Made by a program: the position numbers and the translations under genes
Origin: Felis catus
Lineage: Eukaryota
Length of the DNA stretch: 64,000 bases
Assembly (NCBI RefSeq): GCF_018350175.1
Contig: NC_058368.1
Location: 55,616,001 to 55,680,000 of the forward strand
Direction of reading: 5' to 3'
Notes under the pieces: generated by a model
What the model was told of the DNA's origin: nothing
What the model saw: the letters and a program-made list of their open reading frames with translations, nothing else
Databases searched by the model: none
Part shown: positions 38,263 through 51,314 of the stretch, piece after piece
How positions within the stretch are numbered: position 1 is the first letter of the stretch
Layout: every line of letters starts with the position of its first letter

Positions 38263-39762
38263 TTTATTTTTTAATATAAGTTATTGTCAAGTTAGCTAAC
38301 GTACAGTGTATACAGTGTGCTCTTGGTTTCGGGGGTAAATTCTCATGATTCAACCACTTGCATACAGCACCCAGTGCTTATCTCAGCAAGTTTTCTCCTC
38401 AATGCCCATTACCCATTTTCCCCACTATCCTACCTCCCCCCGCCCATCAACCCTGTTTGTTCTCTGTATTTGAGTCCCTTATGGATTTGCCTCCCTCTCT
38501 GTTTGAAACTTATTTTTTCCCCTTACGTTCCCCCATGGTCTTCTGTTAAGTTCCTCAAGTTCCACATATGAGTTAAAGCATATGATATCTGTCTTTCTCT
38601 AACTTATTTCACTTAGCATAATATGCTTCAATTCCATTCATGTTGTTGCAAAAGGCAGGATTTCATTCTTTCTCATTGCCATGTAATATTCCATTATATA
38701 TATAAACCACATCTTCTTTATCCACTCATCAGCTGATGGACATTTGGGCTCTTTCCATAATTTGGCTATGTTGAAAGTACTGCTGTAAACATTGGGGTAC
38801 AAGTGCCCCTATGAATCTGCACTCCTGTATCCTTTAGATAAATTTCTAGTAGTGCTGTTGCTGGGTCCTAGGGTAGTTCTATATTTAATTTTTTGAGGAA
38901 CCTTCACACTGTTTTCCAGAGTAGCTGCAACAGTTTGCATTCTCACCAACAGTGCAAGAGGGTTCCCCTTTCTCCACATCCACACCAACATCTGTTGTTT
39001 CCTGAATTGTTCATTTTAGCCATTCTGATTGGTGTGAGGTGGTATCTCAGTGTAGTTTTGATTTGTATTTCCCTGATGATGAGAGATGTTGAGCATCTTC
39101 TCATGTATCTGTTAGCCATCTGGATGTCTTTGGAAGTGCCTATTCATATCTTCCCATTTCTTCACTGGATTGTTTGATTTTTGGGTGTTGAGTTTTACTA
39201 CAAAGCTGTAATCACAAAGACAATTTGGTATTGACACAAAAACAGATGCACTGACCAATGGAGTAGAAAAGACAAGCCAGTATTGGACCCACAAATGTAT
39301 GGCCAACTAATCTTCGACAAAGCAGAAAAGAGTATCCCATGGAATAATATCCCATGCTAAAAGACAGTCTCTTTAGCAAATGGTGCTGGGAACACTGGAC
39401 AGCAACATGCAGACGAATGAAACTGGACCACTTTATTATACTATATATAAAAATAAACTCAAAATGGATGAAAGACCTAAATGTGAGATAGGAAACCATC
39501 AAACTGTAGAGGAGAAAACAGGCAACCTCTTTGACGTCAGCTGCAGCAACTTGTTCCTTGACATGTCTCCAAAGGCAAGGGAAATAAAAGCAAAAATGAA
39601 CTTTTTGAATCTCATCAAGATAAAAAGCTTTGGCACTGCAAAGGAAACAGTCAACAAAACTAAAAGGCAACCAAGAGAATGGAGGAAGATATTTGCAAAT
39701 GACATATCAGTAAAGGGTTAGTATCCAAAGTCTATAAAGAAGCAAACTCAGCACCCAAAAAA
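38263..39762 (-). mobile_element. 5'-truncated, 5'-inverted L1 (minus 38263-39196, inverted part 39197-39762)
   Basis: 19-bp TSD taaatttctttcaaattta (38244-38262 / 39763-39781); strand switch near 39196. Confidence 0.93.
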
Positions 39763-40182
39763 TAAATTTCTTTCAAATTTAAATAGAAAGTATTGTTTTC
39801 CTAAGAGTGTAACTAGATTCAGCAATTCTCAGCAATGCTTCCTCAATAGATTTATATTAAATGTATGTCATACATTTGTTAGGCAATATAGAATGAAAAT
39901 TACAAGATTTACAGCTTTGAGAATACCTGTAATTTTAAAAACATAACTTTTTGTTATTTCTCCAAGTCATATCATGCTCTGTTATGAACATTCTCTAGAA
40001 TCAGTGTTTCAGAAATACACTATGAGAAAGGCAACATTAGGCAGTTTATTTTATGAAAAAAGCACTTAAGGGATTCATGAACATCCAGCAGAATAAATCA
40101 TGTGTTCCTTTCATTAAAACTTTTGAAATGTAATTTTATTGTCACATAGATGAAAGTTATTAGAATATTAAAACACCACCAC

Positions 40183-40510
40183 CTGATTTGAATGCATACT
40201 TTCCCTCAGGCTCCTCCTATTAAATCTTTATTGGTTTCTAACTATCAAGAAATTGGCATATAGTTAATATCTGACCTGAGGAAACAATATGCTCACACAA
40301 AATGAAATAAAATATTAATAAATTGAAATTAAAAACAACATAAAAATTTACCTCTTAGAGCAATATCCCCACATCTCCACTGAGAACAACAAATTAAGTC
40401 ATAGGGAATCAATCTTGTCCCTTTATGTAAGAATATGTAAAAATATTTTGCTATAGTCAACAAGAGTCATTTTCAAGGTCCAACCATGTATCCGCCTTCT
40501 AAATATTGCT
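40183..40510 (-). pseudogene. Two pseudo-exons: 40352-40510 (AIFRRRIHGWTLKMTLVDYSKIFLHILT*RDKIDSL*LNLLFSVEMWGYCSK) and 40183-40275, both phase 2-2
   Basis: cctaatttttcag| and gag|gtaaat; gtttcctcag| acceptor; 76-bp intron; both lengths divisible by 3. Confidence 0.5.
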
Positions 40511-40779
40511 CTGAAAAATTAGGTAATAAGAGATATATTGTTTAAGAATGTCTTATTAAGTACTTATTAAGTACTTAGTATCACATAAATTACTTAGAAC
40601 ATTTGCCAAAAATAAATACATTTTTACTTCTGTAGTCTTATTTCACTAAAAATAATACTAGTTTAGTTTTATTTATATAAAAACTAATACTTAAAAGAAA
40701 AATATGTTAAAAATAAGCTATATTAAGACTAAAATTTTGCTGTTTGGAAAATTTTATGTGATTATTTCCTCTGTTAGAT

Positions 40780-41640
40780 TAAGGACAACTACACATTAGT
40801 TCACATTTTTCCCATCAAGATGTGAATCTGTGACCTTCCACCTTGAAATCTGGGTGGTAATGTGATGACTTTGACCAATAAAATATGGCAAAAGTGATGC
40901 CGTGACAGGTTTCTGTCCCAGGTCTTAAAAGAGACTTCTACTTTCTCTCTGTTTTTAATAAGTACTTTTGGAACTGAGTTTCCATGCTATGAGAAGTACA
41001 AAAAGAACTGTGGAGAGCCTTAAAGGGAGAGCAGAAGCATTTCTTGAAGATATCTCGTGTAGGCCAAGAGCAGGCACTATCTTGTCACCCATATGAGTAG
41101 ACCAACTTGGGAGTTGATCCACAGTGGAGCTGCTTTAGTTGACATCATGTAGATGAGATCTGAGACTTTCCTACTAAGCCATACCTAGTCTGGAGATTTG
41201 CAAGTAGATAAAATGTTTTTAAATCATAGCAGTTTAGGGACTGTAGGGATCTCCACACAGTACAACATAACCAGAACATAATTTGGTATCTGAAGGCAGG
41301 ATATTGCTCTAACAAAAAGAAAAAAATTGTGACATTGCTGTAAGTTGAATCTGAAAGTATTTCTAAAAGACTATTAAAAGTGGAAAGGTCTCACAGACAC
41401 TCTTGATGAAGGCTTAAAGGATGCTGAATAAATATGAGAAATTGGATAAAAGATGATCCATACTATATAGTACTGGAAAACTTAGCAAACGTTGTTAGCT
41501 GTAACCTAGAAATAAAGATGTATCTATTAAGATGGTAGAAGATGCAAAGGAAATTTAAGTCGGAATGTCAAAAGTGCCAATTGGTTTCTTTTAGTTGTAC
41601 ATAATAAAATACGTGAAGGAGGAAATATAATTTTAACATT
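40780..41640 (+). mobile_element. MLT1-type LTR (~40780-41279) followed by MaLR internal sequence
   Basis: cccatcaaga...ctttgaccaataaaatatggca...ataaccagaaca, then aatttggtatc internal start. Confidence 0.65.
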
Positions 41641-41884
41641 AAAGAATCCCTTAATTTTCTTTTTTTTTTTGGGGGGGGAATTCTTTTAGCCAAAGAAATA
41701 TATCCAAAGATTCAGTGAGGAAGTTTACCAATCAATGTTGGAGTGATATAATATTCTGAAATCTATCATGGTGATGGTTGCATAGCTCTGCATATATTAA
41801 AAATCATCTAATTTTGTAGCTTAAATACGTCAATTGTATGATGTGTGAAATTACATCTTAATAAACTGTTACTTGAAAAACTGG

Positions 41885-42308
41885 GGATCCATTTCTCTGG
41901 CTAGTGGCAGAAGAGGAAATCAGAGACATGTAGCATGAGGAAGATTTGACAGACAACTGACAGACCACTGGCTGGAAGATGGCACATGAGAATGAATGTA
42001 AGTGGCCTTTAGGAGCAAAGAATGAGCCCTGTCAGCCAGCAAAGAGATGGGGACTGAGTCAAACCACCTTAGTCTGACACAGCTGACAATGACTGTGTCA
42101 GCAAATGAGCTTTGAAGAACATTTCCAGAACCTCTATAAGAGCCTCACCCGAGCAAGTCCTTGATTTTGGACTTGATTCACTGTCTTCAGAGAATCAATT
42201 TGAGTTTGTTTTGACTTGTAATTTATACAACTGTGAGATTTAACAACAAAAAAAGGTGCCATAAGCTGGTAAGATTTGGTAATTTGTTATACAGCCAAAG
42301 AATAACTG
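41885..42308 (+). mobile_element. MLT1E-like LTR fragment
   Basis: cagaagaggaaatcagagac...cagccagcaaagagatggggac...tttggtaatttgttatacagc. Confidence 0.65.
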
Positions 42309-42628
42309 CTTGAACAAATAAATCTTGTGATTTTAGACCATAGTAATTATTTTGTGTAATCTTCTAAGAGTCACAAAGTAAAAGATGTTTACTTTATTGG
42401 CTTGCGCAGATTAAGAAGGAAATTAAAAATCCAAGTGAATCCCAAAAAGAATTATTATCAATATTTGGTATGTAGCATAGGGGGAATCCATTATAATAAT
42501 TTTTTGTTGTTCTCTTTTCTCTGAAAAGAAAAAAGAAAACTTCAGTTTTCAAAGGATAAAGCTAGTCTCATTAGTAAGAGACAATCAAAGGCAAAATGTG
42601 ATGTGAAGATTTAAGAATATATCACACT

Positions 42629-42844
42629 GTGGGTGCCTGGGTGGCTCAGTTGGTTCGGCATCTGGCTTCAGCTCAGGTCATTGATCTAATGGTCCTTCTG
42701 TGGGTTTGAGCCCCACATTGGGCTCTTGCTGACAGCTCAGAGTCTGGAGCCTGATTTGGATTCTGTGTCTCCCTCTCTCTCTGAGCACCTATCCCCCTGC
42801 TCACACTCAGTCTCTCTCTCAAAAATAAATAAACATTAAAAAAA
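42629..42844 (+). mobile_element. Can-SINE
   Basis: TSD aagaatatatcacac. Confidence 0.94.
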
Positions 42845-43259
42845 AAGAATATATCACACCACTTTAAATTAGTTAAAAGAATTTCTCTTGAATAAATCAT
42901 TGAGTTAAAAATCCTGAGAAAATATGAAACTGAGATTATTGTACTATATTAAGAACCTGAATGAAAAATCAGGACGTTGCTTGGAAATTAAAAGATAAAC
43001 ATAATTTATTTGCTTTAATTACTTCATGGAAAAATCAAATCCTTGAAATCAATCCTGGAGAAATTACAGAACAAACAATAAAAAAGGTGGCATTACTGTT
43101 GCAAAAGAGACTTGTGACCCCTACATTCCGTTAATTGCTAGGTATTTTATGTAAAAAAGCTGGGATATTATTTTTTTCATGAAGTGGAGATTATGTTGTC
43201 TCAAAGGCCTATTGACAGGTTGAAACTAAATATATGTTCTTAAAACATTTCTCTAAACC

Positions 43260-43440
43260 TGGGGTGCTTGGGTGGCTCAGTCAGTTGGGCATCTGACTTT
43301 GGCTCAGGTCATAATCTCATGGCTCATGAGTTGAACCCCCACATTGGGCTTTGCACTGACAGTGTGGAGTCTGCTTGGGATTCTCTATTTCTCCTTCTGC
43401 TTCTGCCCCTCCCCTGCCTCAAAATAAATAAACTTTAAAA
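43260..43440 (+). mobile_element. Can-SINE, older copy
   Basis: ggggtgcttgggtggctcag head and aataaa tail. Confidence 0.9.
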
Positions 43441-44075
43441 ATATTCTTTAAATATAAGTATATAACAGATAAAAGGAATGCATCTGAATATTAGATAATA
43501 ATTAGAATAAGAAATAAACATAAGTTTTCAAAGTCAGTTAAATAGGAAATGATATACTTAGAATATCTGATTTATTTATTTACAAGATTATGGTAAATAT
43601 GCTGTGTCTGGAAATTAAGGCCTTTAATGTACTTTAGAGAATACAGGGAAAATGAAATGAATGCATAGCTAATATTTGGAATTCCATTTTGGACAAGTGA
43701 AAACATAAACATGGTTGTTATTTCTCAAAGCTGAAGTTGATAAAGTGGGGTAGGAAACAGTACATCATGCTAAAAAGCTTTTGCACAGCAAAAGAAACAG
43801 TTGACAGAATGAAAAGGTAACTTTAGGAATATTATTAAATATTTGTGAATCATATATCTGGTTATTGATTAGTATCCAAAATATATAAAGAACTAATACA
43901 ACTCTAGTAATAAACTGATTAAAAGATGGTCAGAGAAGCTGAATAAACATTTCTCCAAAGGAGACATCCAGATGGCCAACAGATAGATATTTGACATCAC
44001 TAATCATTAGGAGAGTGCAAGTCAAAATCAAAATGAGATATCACTTCACACCTGTTAGAATAGCTATCATCAGTA

Positions 44076-44286
44076 GGGCACCTGAGTGGCTCAGTTGGTT
44101 GAGCCTCTGACTTCGGATCAGGTCATGATCTCGCGGTTCGTGAGTTCGAGTCCCGCGTTGGGCTCTGTGCTGACAGCTCAGATCCTGGAGCCTGCTTTGG
44201 ATTCTGTGTCTCCCTCTCTCTCTGCCCCTAACCCACTTGTATTCTGTCTCTGTCTCTCTCAAAAATAAATAAACATTAAAAAAATT
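44076..44286 (+). mobile_element. Can-SINE
   Basis: TSD ttagaatagctatca. Confidence 0.94.
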
Positions 44287-44767
44287 TTAGAATAGCTATC
44301 AGAATCACAAGATACAAAAGTATTGACAAGGATGTGGAAAAGCAACCCTTGTGCACTGTTGGTGGAGTGTAATGTGTACAGCCACTGTGGAAAATACTAC
44401 ACATGTTTCTCAAAAAAGTCAAAAATAGAAACCATCCAATCCAGCAATCTCACTTCTAGGTTATATATTCAAAGGAAATAAGAACAAGACCTTAATGATC
44501 TATCAGTACCTCCTCATTCATGCAGCATTCTTTACAGTAAGGAAACAACCTGAGTTCATCAGTGGATGAATGGAGAAAGAATCTTATTTATCTATTATTA
44601 TCCATATTATCCGGTATCTGTGCAGGAAATACTATTTTCCATGAGAAAGAAGGAAATCTTGTCATTTGTGACAACATGGATGGATGGACTTTTAGGGTGT
44701 TATGCTAAGTGATTAAACAGATAAAGACAATACTGCATGGTAGTGGAATCTAAAAAATGTCAAATTA

Positions 44768-44964
44768 GGGGTGCCTGGGTGGCTCAGTTGGTTGAGCGTC
44801 CCATGTGAAATCAGATCATGATCTTGTGGTTTGGGACTTTGAGCCCCACGTCAGGCTGTGTGCTGACAGCTTAGAGCCTGGGGCCTGCTTTGGATTCTGT
44901 CTCCCTCTCTCTCTACTCCTCCCCTGCTCACACTCTGTCTCTCACAAATAAAAATAATTTTTTT
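44768..44964 (+). mobile_element. Can-SINE
   Basis: TSD taaaaaatgtcaaatta. Confidence 0.94.
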
Positions 44965-45118
44965 TAAAAAATGTCAAATTAATACAAACAGAGAATAGTA
45001 TGGTAGTTACCAGGGGCTAGGTAGTAGAGGACATGGGTAAGTGTTGGTGAACGTGTACACACTTCCAGTGATAAGGTGAATAAGTTCTTGAGGTCTAATG
45101 TACATCATGATGACTTTC

Positions 45119-45331
45119 TAAAAAAAAAATTTTTTTTAACGTTTATTCATTTTTGAGACAGAGAGCATGAACGGGGGAAAGTCAGAGAGAGAGGGAGACA
45201 CAGAATTTGAAACAGGCTGCAGGCTCTGAGCTGTCAGCACAGAGCCTGAAGCAGGGCTCGAACTCACGGACCGCGAGATCATGACCTGAGCCGAGGTCGG
45301 ACGCCCAACCGACTGAGCCACCCAGGCGCCC
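45119..45331 (-). mobile_element. SINEC_Fc-type SINE
   Basis: TSD atgatgacttt. Confidence 0.94.
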
Positions 45332-46059
45332 GAAATGATGACTTTATATTCTTGCTAGTTGTTAAGAGAGTAGATCTTACATGTTTGTGCCACACACATA
45401 GGAAATTATGTGAGGTGGTAGAGGTGTTGGCTAATATTATGGTAGTCATCATTTGCGTTATGGTAGTATATTAGCATATTGTACACCTTAAACTTATATT
45501 TCAATTTTATCTCAATAAACGTGAAAAATTAGAGCAAACACCTCAAAGAAGGTTTTCAGGAACAAATCTGAGATCAGTAATCAAACACATAGTTTAATCC
45601 AAACACTGATATTAATGGACTAAGCAGTTATGCAATAGATAAAAAGCACACATGAAATATCAAGGCAGCAAAAAAAAGCAAGCAGGTGAGAAAGAGAAGG
45701 TAAAAAGCAAGCTCACTTGAGATGTGGAGCCTGAAGAGATTCTGTAAATTGCAGGAGGATAGTCACTAGTCAAGTTTGATGGGATGCTCTACAGTAGGCC
45801 TAATGAAACCTCATTAACATTAATGTGCTCTTTGGGTTTGGGAGAAGACTTTTATAATACCGTGACTTTCTGGAATGAATCAAGTTTTTGTCAGTTCTGA
45901 AGCCAATTTTTTTATTCCTAACAAGAATACTGAAATTTTGAATGCAAAATGAGATATAGATCTTAGATCTGCTCCTGGCAGTGAATCATTTTTGAAAAGA
46001 TTTTTTCTTTAATAGTTATTATATCAAAGAGAATGAGATGGGAGAGCCTGACCATTTAC

Positions 46060-46529
46060 CTGAGGTTGCAAGAGGCTATGTAAGATTGATCATTATTCTG
46101 TGTGACTGTTGGATTATCTTTAAGAGCTTATTTCGTCACTAGAGAACATTTGTATATTTTCTCTAATGTCTTCTAAACTTTGTATATATTCAGCGTGACT
46201 GAATTTTTATGGTTGGTGTGTTTTTCAGGCTTTACAATACTTTGAATTATAAGACAGGCCCTGTCAGTTTCCACAAAGCATTCTAAAAGGGCTGAACTTA
46301 TTTCCCCCAAATTAATGGGACTGACTGTGCTATAAGAGAAATTGGCTATTCTGAAAACTAAAAGCAACAAATTAAGTCTTTTATGCTTATTTTTAAAAAT
46401 CCTGTCCAATGATTTCACAAAAGATAAAATGAAAGAAAAAGAGGTAATATTCAGATAATTTCAGGCTGTAAAGACAATCAAAATACTTACCATCCTGTCA
46501 AGACCATGTATTACATCTTAGAATTCAAA
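46060..46529 (-). pseudogene. Two pseudo-exons: 46491-46529 (FEF*DVIHGLDRM) and 46060-46350 (IANFSYSTVSPINLGEISSALLECFVETDRACLIIQSIVKPEKHTNHKNSVTLNIYKV*KTLEK...)
   Basis: tctacag| and atg|gtaagt; ttttcag| and cag|gtaaat; 2 stops in 96 codons; phases between the two do not match. Confidence 0.5.
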
Positions 46530-46564
46530 CTGTAGAATAAACTATTCTAAATTACTAATCATGC

Positions 46565-46950
46565 ATATTCATTAAACAGCAGTAAATATTTTATTGAGCA
46601 CCTATTCTGTAACAGCTACTTTTCCAAGGGTTGCAGAAAAAAAAATGGAAAGAAATGTCCCTGTATTTATGGAACTAACAAGTGGAGACATGATAAAAAA
46701 AAAATAAGCCAAATATCTACTAAGGCTTATGGTTATAGTTGCATTGGAGAAAAGTAAAGTAGGAGATGAGGAGAGAGAAATCTGAAGGTTAGTTTATGAG
46801 CTGTAATTTTATGTAGGCAAGAAAAGGCATCCCTGAGGGCGTGGAATTTGCCCAAGACTTGAAAAAGAGGAAGTGGGTCTTGCAGAAATTGACTGAGGAG
46901 AAAAGGATTCAAACAACACAGGACAAGAGCCACTGATGGCAAAGATCAAG
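46565..46950 (-). mobile_element. L2 3' fragment
   Basis: aaatattttattgagcacctattctgt motif and following body. Confidence 0.65.
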
Positions 46951-47501
46951 GTCCAATTTTATAATGCCAGTTATATCATTGACAAATCTTTAACTGACCT
47001 TTAACTGTTTGCTTAGGAGATGGCAAAAACAAAGCCTGCCATCACTCTTCAGGAATTGTGATTATTCTTTTACTTGTGTTCATTTTCTCCCTAGACTCTA
47101 AACTTCTTGAGCCAGTGGATGTTCTTAATCTTCCTACCTTCAGCGTCTAAGTTCATCTTGGGTTGTATATATATTTAGTGTATGTTTTGATGTTTTGGCA
47201 GTTCATATAAACGGAGGTCCTTGCCTATCCTTCCATTCTCTTAGGTCAGTTTTTGCTCAGTCACTTTGCTCAGAATTATTAAGTTGTGTTCTGTAAATTG
47301 ATCTCTATCTACCACCACCCTGTTCATATCCATACTACCAAATTGTTCATGAACACTGGCACTTCAGGCTTAAAATTTATATTATCTGTAAGTGTATTAG
47401 TAATTAGAACACTTAGTAGGTCTTTTTATATTGTTTAAATGTTAGCATATTTGAACAGTACATCCTATTCTTATACTGATTAAACTTTTTAAAAAATCCT
47501 G

Positions 47502-47592
<91 letters not shown>
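47502..47592. repeat. Compound (CT)n(CA)n microsatellite
   Basis: Direct observation; flanked on both sides by aaaaatcctgtc. Confidence 0.98.
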
Positions 47593-47596
<4 letters not shown>

Positions 47597-47775
47597 ATAA
47601 AAATCCTGTCACAAGTAAAAAGGTCTTCTCAGGTGTTTTTCTGTATCATATATGTTTTATATTGATAAATTTCTATATAATTGAATTATTAAGATATCCT
47701 GCATATAATACCAAGTGGTAGTAAACATTTAATTAATCTTTATATATTCAAAGCACATATATATAAAATACTTTT

Positions 47776-47985
47776 GGGGCACCTGGGTGGCTCATTTGGT
47801 TAAGCATCTGACTTCAGCTCAGGTCATGATCTCATGGTTCATTAGTTCGAACCCCATATTGGGCTCTGTGCTGACAGCTCAGAGCCTGGATCCTGCTTCA
47901 GATTCTGTCTCCCTCTCTCTCTCTGCCTTACCCCATTCATGCTCTGTCTCTCTCAAAAATGAATAAACGTTAAAAATTTTTTTAA
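47776..47985 (+). mobile_element. Can-SINE
   Basis: ggggcacctgggtggctca head, (CT)n tract, A-rich tail. Confidence 0.94.
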
Positions 47986-48223
47986 TAAAAAGTACTTTTA
48001 ATAGATAATAATACATTTGATGATTTCCTACTGTATAAGATCAGGTTCAGAGGTCTGTATTAGCCAAAATACAGCATTTAGGAAAATTTGAAAATAAACA
48101 ACTAAAAGAACAAAATTGACCATCATGATCAATGAATATCTTTAAATAAATCTGAACAAAAGACTGAGTCATAAGAGAGTATTTCCTGTCTCTGAAATAA
48201 AAGCTCAGAGAAATGAAACCTAC

Positions 48224-48334
48224 TTCAACCTTTTCAAACCATTTATTAAGGAATTTTCTGAAGGGATCTTGATAGCACAACTTCTTTAGAGATCTTTCTT
48301 GAATTTTACTTCAAGTGATAAAAATAGAGCCCAC
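48224..48334 (-). pseudogene. Pseudo-exon, 111 nt, phase 0-0: VGSIFIT*SKIQERSLKKLCYQDPFRKFLNKWFEKVE
   Basis: ttttctcattcag| acceptor, gaa|gtaggt donor, single stop. Confidence 0.55.
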
Positions 48335-48620
48335 CTGAATGAGAAAATTTACTCTAATGGGTAATGGGAATCATTAGGCATATAGTAGATACACATTAGT
48401 TTGGAAGGGAAAATGTACAAATACAGCGAAGAGAGAAGAGGGTGCTAATTAATAGGGAATGTGGATCAAAGGTATTGTGATGGGAAAATAAATATTTTTT
48501 TCAGAAAGTACATGGTAGTCTATTTTTGGCCACAATTGGTAAGCTAGATAAATCCCAAATCCTAGCAAGAGATAATTCTGGACATAGTGCTTGCAATTAT
48601 CTTTGCAGGAACTAGGTAAA

Positions 48621-48822
48621 ATTTTCTTTTAAGTTTTATTTATTTTTATAAAGAGAGTGGGGGAGGGGCAGAGAGAGAGCGGGAGAGAGAGAGAATCCCA
48701 AGCAGGCTCCACACCATCACTGTGGAGCCCTATGTGGGGCTAGAACTTGTGAACTGGGAGATTGTGACCTGGGCCAAAATCAAGAGCCCCACACTTAACT
48801 GACTGAGCCACTCAGGTGACCT
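48621..48822 (-). mobile_element. Can-SINE
   Basis: TSD ggaactaggtaa. Confidence 0.93.
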
Positions 48823-48925
48823 GGAACTAGGTAACATTTTAGTGCAGGTTAATTCTTGTGGATAAATGAGGAATATATTGGTAATAGTGGTCTTTGAGAA
48901 CTGCTTGTATAAAAAAATGGATATC

Positions 48926-49137
48926 TGGGGCGCCTGGGTGGCTCAATTGGTTAAGTGTCCGACTTCATCTCAGGTCATGATCTCGCGGTTTGTGAGTTTG
49001 AGCCCCATGTCAGGCTCTGTGCTGACAGCTCAGAGCCTGGAGCCTGTTTCAGATTCTGTGTCTCCCTCTCTCTCTGCCCCTCCCTTGTTCACACTCTGTC
49101 TCTGTCTCAAGAATAAACACTAAAAAAAATTTTTTTT
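48926..49137 (+). mobile_element. SINEC_Fc-type SINE
   Basis: ggggcgcctgggtggctc head; aatggat flanks. Confidence 0.94.
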
Positions 49138-49567
49138 AATGGATTTCTAAATAATTTATCTTTTATATATTTAACTTCATTACACACCATCAGGTAGACT
49201 TTTTTTGAACATGTGGTAAGCAGTTTATATGAATAAAGACTATTTTTAAAAATATTCTTTGATGTCAATTTACTGTTAATTAAAAACAATACATTATTTA
49301 AATTCAGTGTACTTTTAAGGAAAATGGTAAATATGTATTTGGGAATATATAATTATAAAAATAAATATATGACAAAATAGCACAAAGAATATTGGGAATG
49401 GATAGAATTAGCTGTCATGTAAGGTTGTCACATTACATGTGACGTGACATAATATTAATTCAGTACATATTGTGCTAATTTAAGGATTTGTGCTGTAATC
49501 CTTAGAGTAACCATTATGAACTAAAAAAACAAAAAACAAAAAACAAACATAAAAAAAAATGGAGGGG

Positions 49568-49725
49568 GGAGGTGCCTGAGTGGCTCAGTCCTTTCAGTGT
49601 CTGACTTTAGCTCAGGTCATGATCTGCAGTCCCTGAGTTCAAGCCCCACATTGCACTCTTCCCCTCCCTCTCCCAAGCATGCATGTGCTCTAACACTCTC
49701 TCTCAGAAATAAATATTTAAAAAAT
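49568..49725 (+). mobile_element. Short Can-SINE inside an old L1 fragment (~49300-50060)
   Basis: SINE head and tail with the middle missing. Confidence 0.8.
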
Positions 49726-50416
49726 TTTCAAAAAGAAATGAGCAGAGGGAAAAGATAGGAAATAAAACATTAAAAATAGGAAAAAAATGGAAAGCATTAA
49801 ATTATAATGGATGCAATATTCCAATTATATAAGGCAACATTTTTAGATGATTTTTACATTGAATTAAAAAAAAAACCAAGATTTAAATATATCAGGATAC
49901 AGAACCGTTGAAAGTAAAAAGATGAAAAAAGATGTAACATACAAACATTAGGCAGAAGACAGCTTGTGAATCTCTATTGACAGCAGAAAATAAGAGTCAA
50001 GAAAGAATATAACCAGAGAATGTGAGGCTAATTTTGCAATGATTATAAAGGATCAATTTCTTTCTTTTAGAGTACAAAGCAGAGAGAGTGCATGATAACA
50101 TATATGTTAAATATGTAACTCTTCAGATGAATAGATTTGTAAACTGCTTTCCAAATCAATTCTTTGTCATGTAATTTGTAGTTGCTAATTATTTTCAGCT
50201 ATCTGTATGGTAGGTCTGTACCTTTTAAGTAAAGTTTTTATCTCAGCACAACAATGCATATGAAAATCTATTTTATGAAGTAAAATAAATATATGCATGA
50301 TTTCTTCAATGTATTTTTTCATTGAGGAAAGATGAGGGTTATAATCTGTTAAATTAAGATTGCCATAATATATATTAGAACCCTGGTATATATAATTTAT
50401 ATATAATTTAGCCCTG

Positions 50417-50418
<2 letters not shown>

Positions 50419-50462
<44 letters not shown>
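50419..50462. repeat. (GT)n microsatellite
   Basis: Direct observation. Confidence 0.99.
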
Positions 50463-50463
<1 letters not shown>

Positions 50464-51314
50464 GATAGATAAATCTTCAGGATATATAAAGTTTATAAAT
50501 AATGGAATGGGTAAGTAAATAAAGGCACAGATCAGTTAAATACTCATCTTCTTGGATTATTAGTAAATGCTCTAGTTTTCCAAATAATAAAAAATGGTAA
50601 CAATATAATGTACAAGATAGGTTAAATTTCACCATAAAATGATATTTTGATGAATTAATAAATATCTGTGCCATTGGTTTCTTTTTTTTCCATCTTAGTC
50701 AAAGAGGTAAAACTCCTGAAGTTCTCATAAGAATTGCAGCCATATCATAACTGAAATTATGATTCAAGAGAAAGAATAATGTGAGGGGAGTGTGTAGAGG
50801 ATTTACATACCATGAAAATAATCACATTTCTCTAGAAGAATGTAATGAAAGTGCCTTCCTTGAATACATGCATGTTTTTGTGTAATATTTCATCTTTCTG
50901 AATCAAGCCACAAATTATAAATTTTCATTGTTTCTAGTGTTTTCATAACATAAAATTCCTTAGGGCCTGGTTTTATATTTATAAATGTTTTGAATCTAGC
51001 TATAAAGCTACCTGTTTCAAACCTATTAAACAAATTGTAATAGTCATTGAAGGATTTCAATCAAAACAATGAAATGACCATACAAATTTTATTTTACTCT
51101 CATACCTAATGTAATCAAATAATATTAATGGTAGGTAACAGGAAAAATATCAATTACTAATTAGAAAATTTAATTTCCCAGACTACAGGAAATCAGATCA
51201 AATATACAGTAAAATGATAGAAGAAAAATATAGGATTACATATGTACATACGATATGGAAGAGGGTCCTCTTTCCTTTCTTCAGTGTGAATCAGTAATAC
51301 TTTGGAATCCTTAC

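Larger units (their letters stand above)
43770..45520 (+). mobile_element. Old L1 (L1MA-type) 3' fragment carrying three nested SINEs
   Basis: ORF2 C-terminus and 3'UTR (aataagttct...ctaatgtaca; tatctcaataaa). Confidence 0.85.

Noticed and set aside
42074..42101. 9-bp inverted repeat ctgacacag...ctgtgtcag
   Set aside because: Short, lies inside an LTR, and compatible with chance or local template switching.
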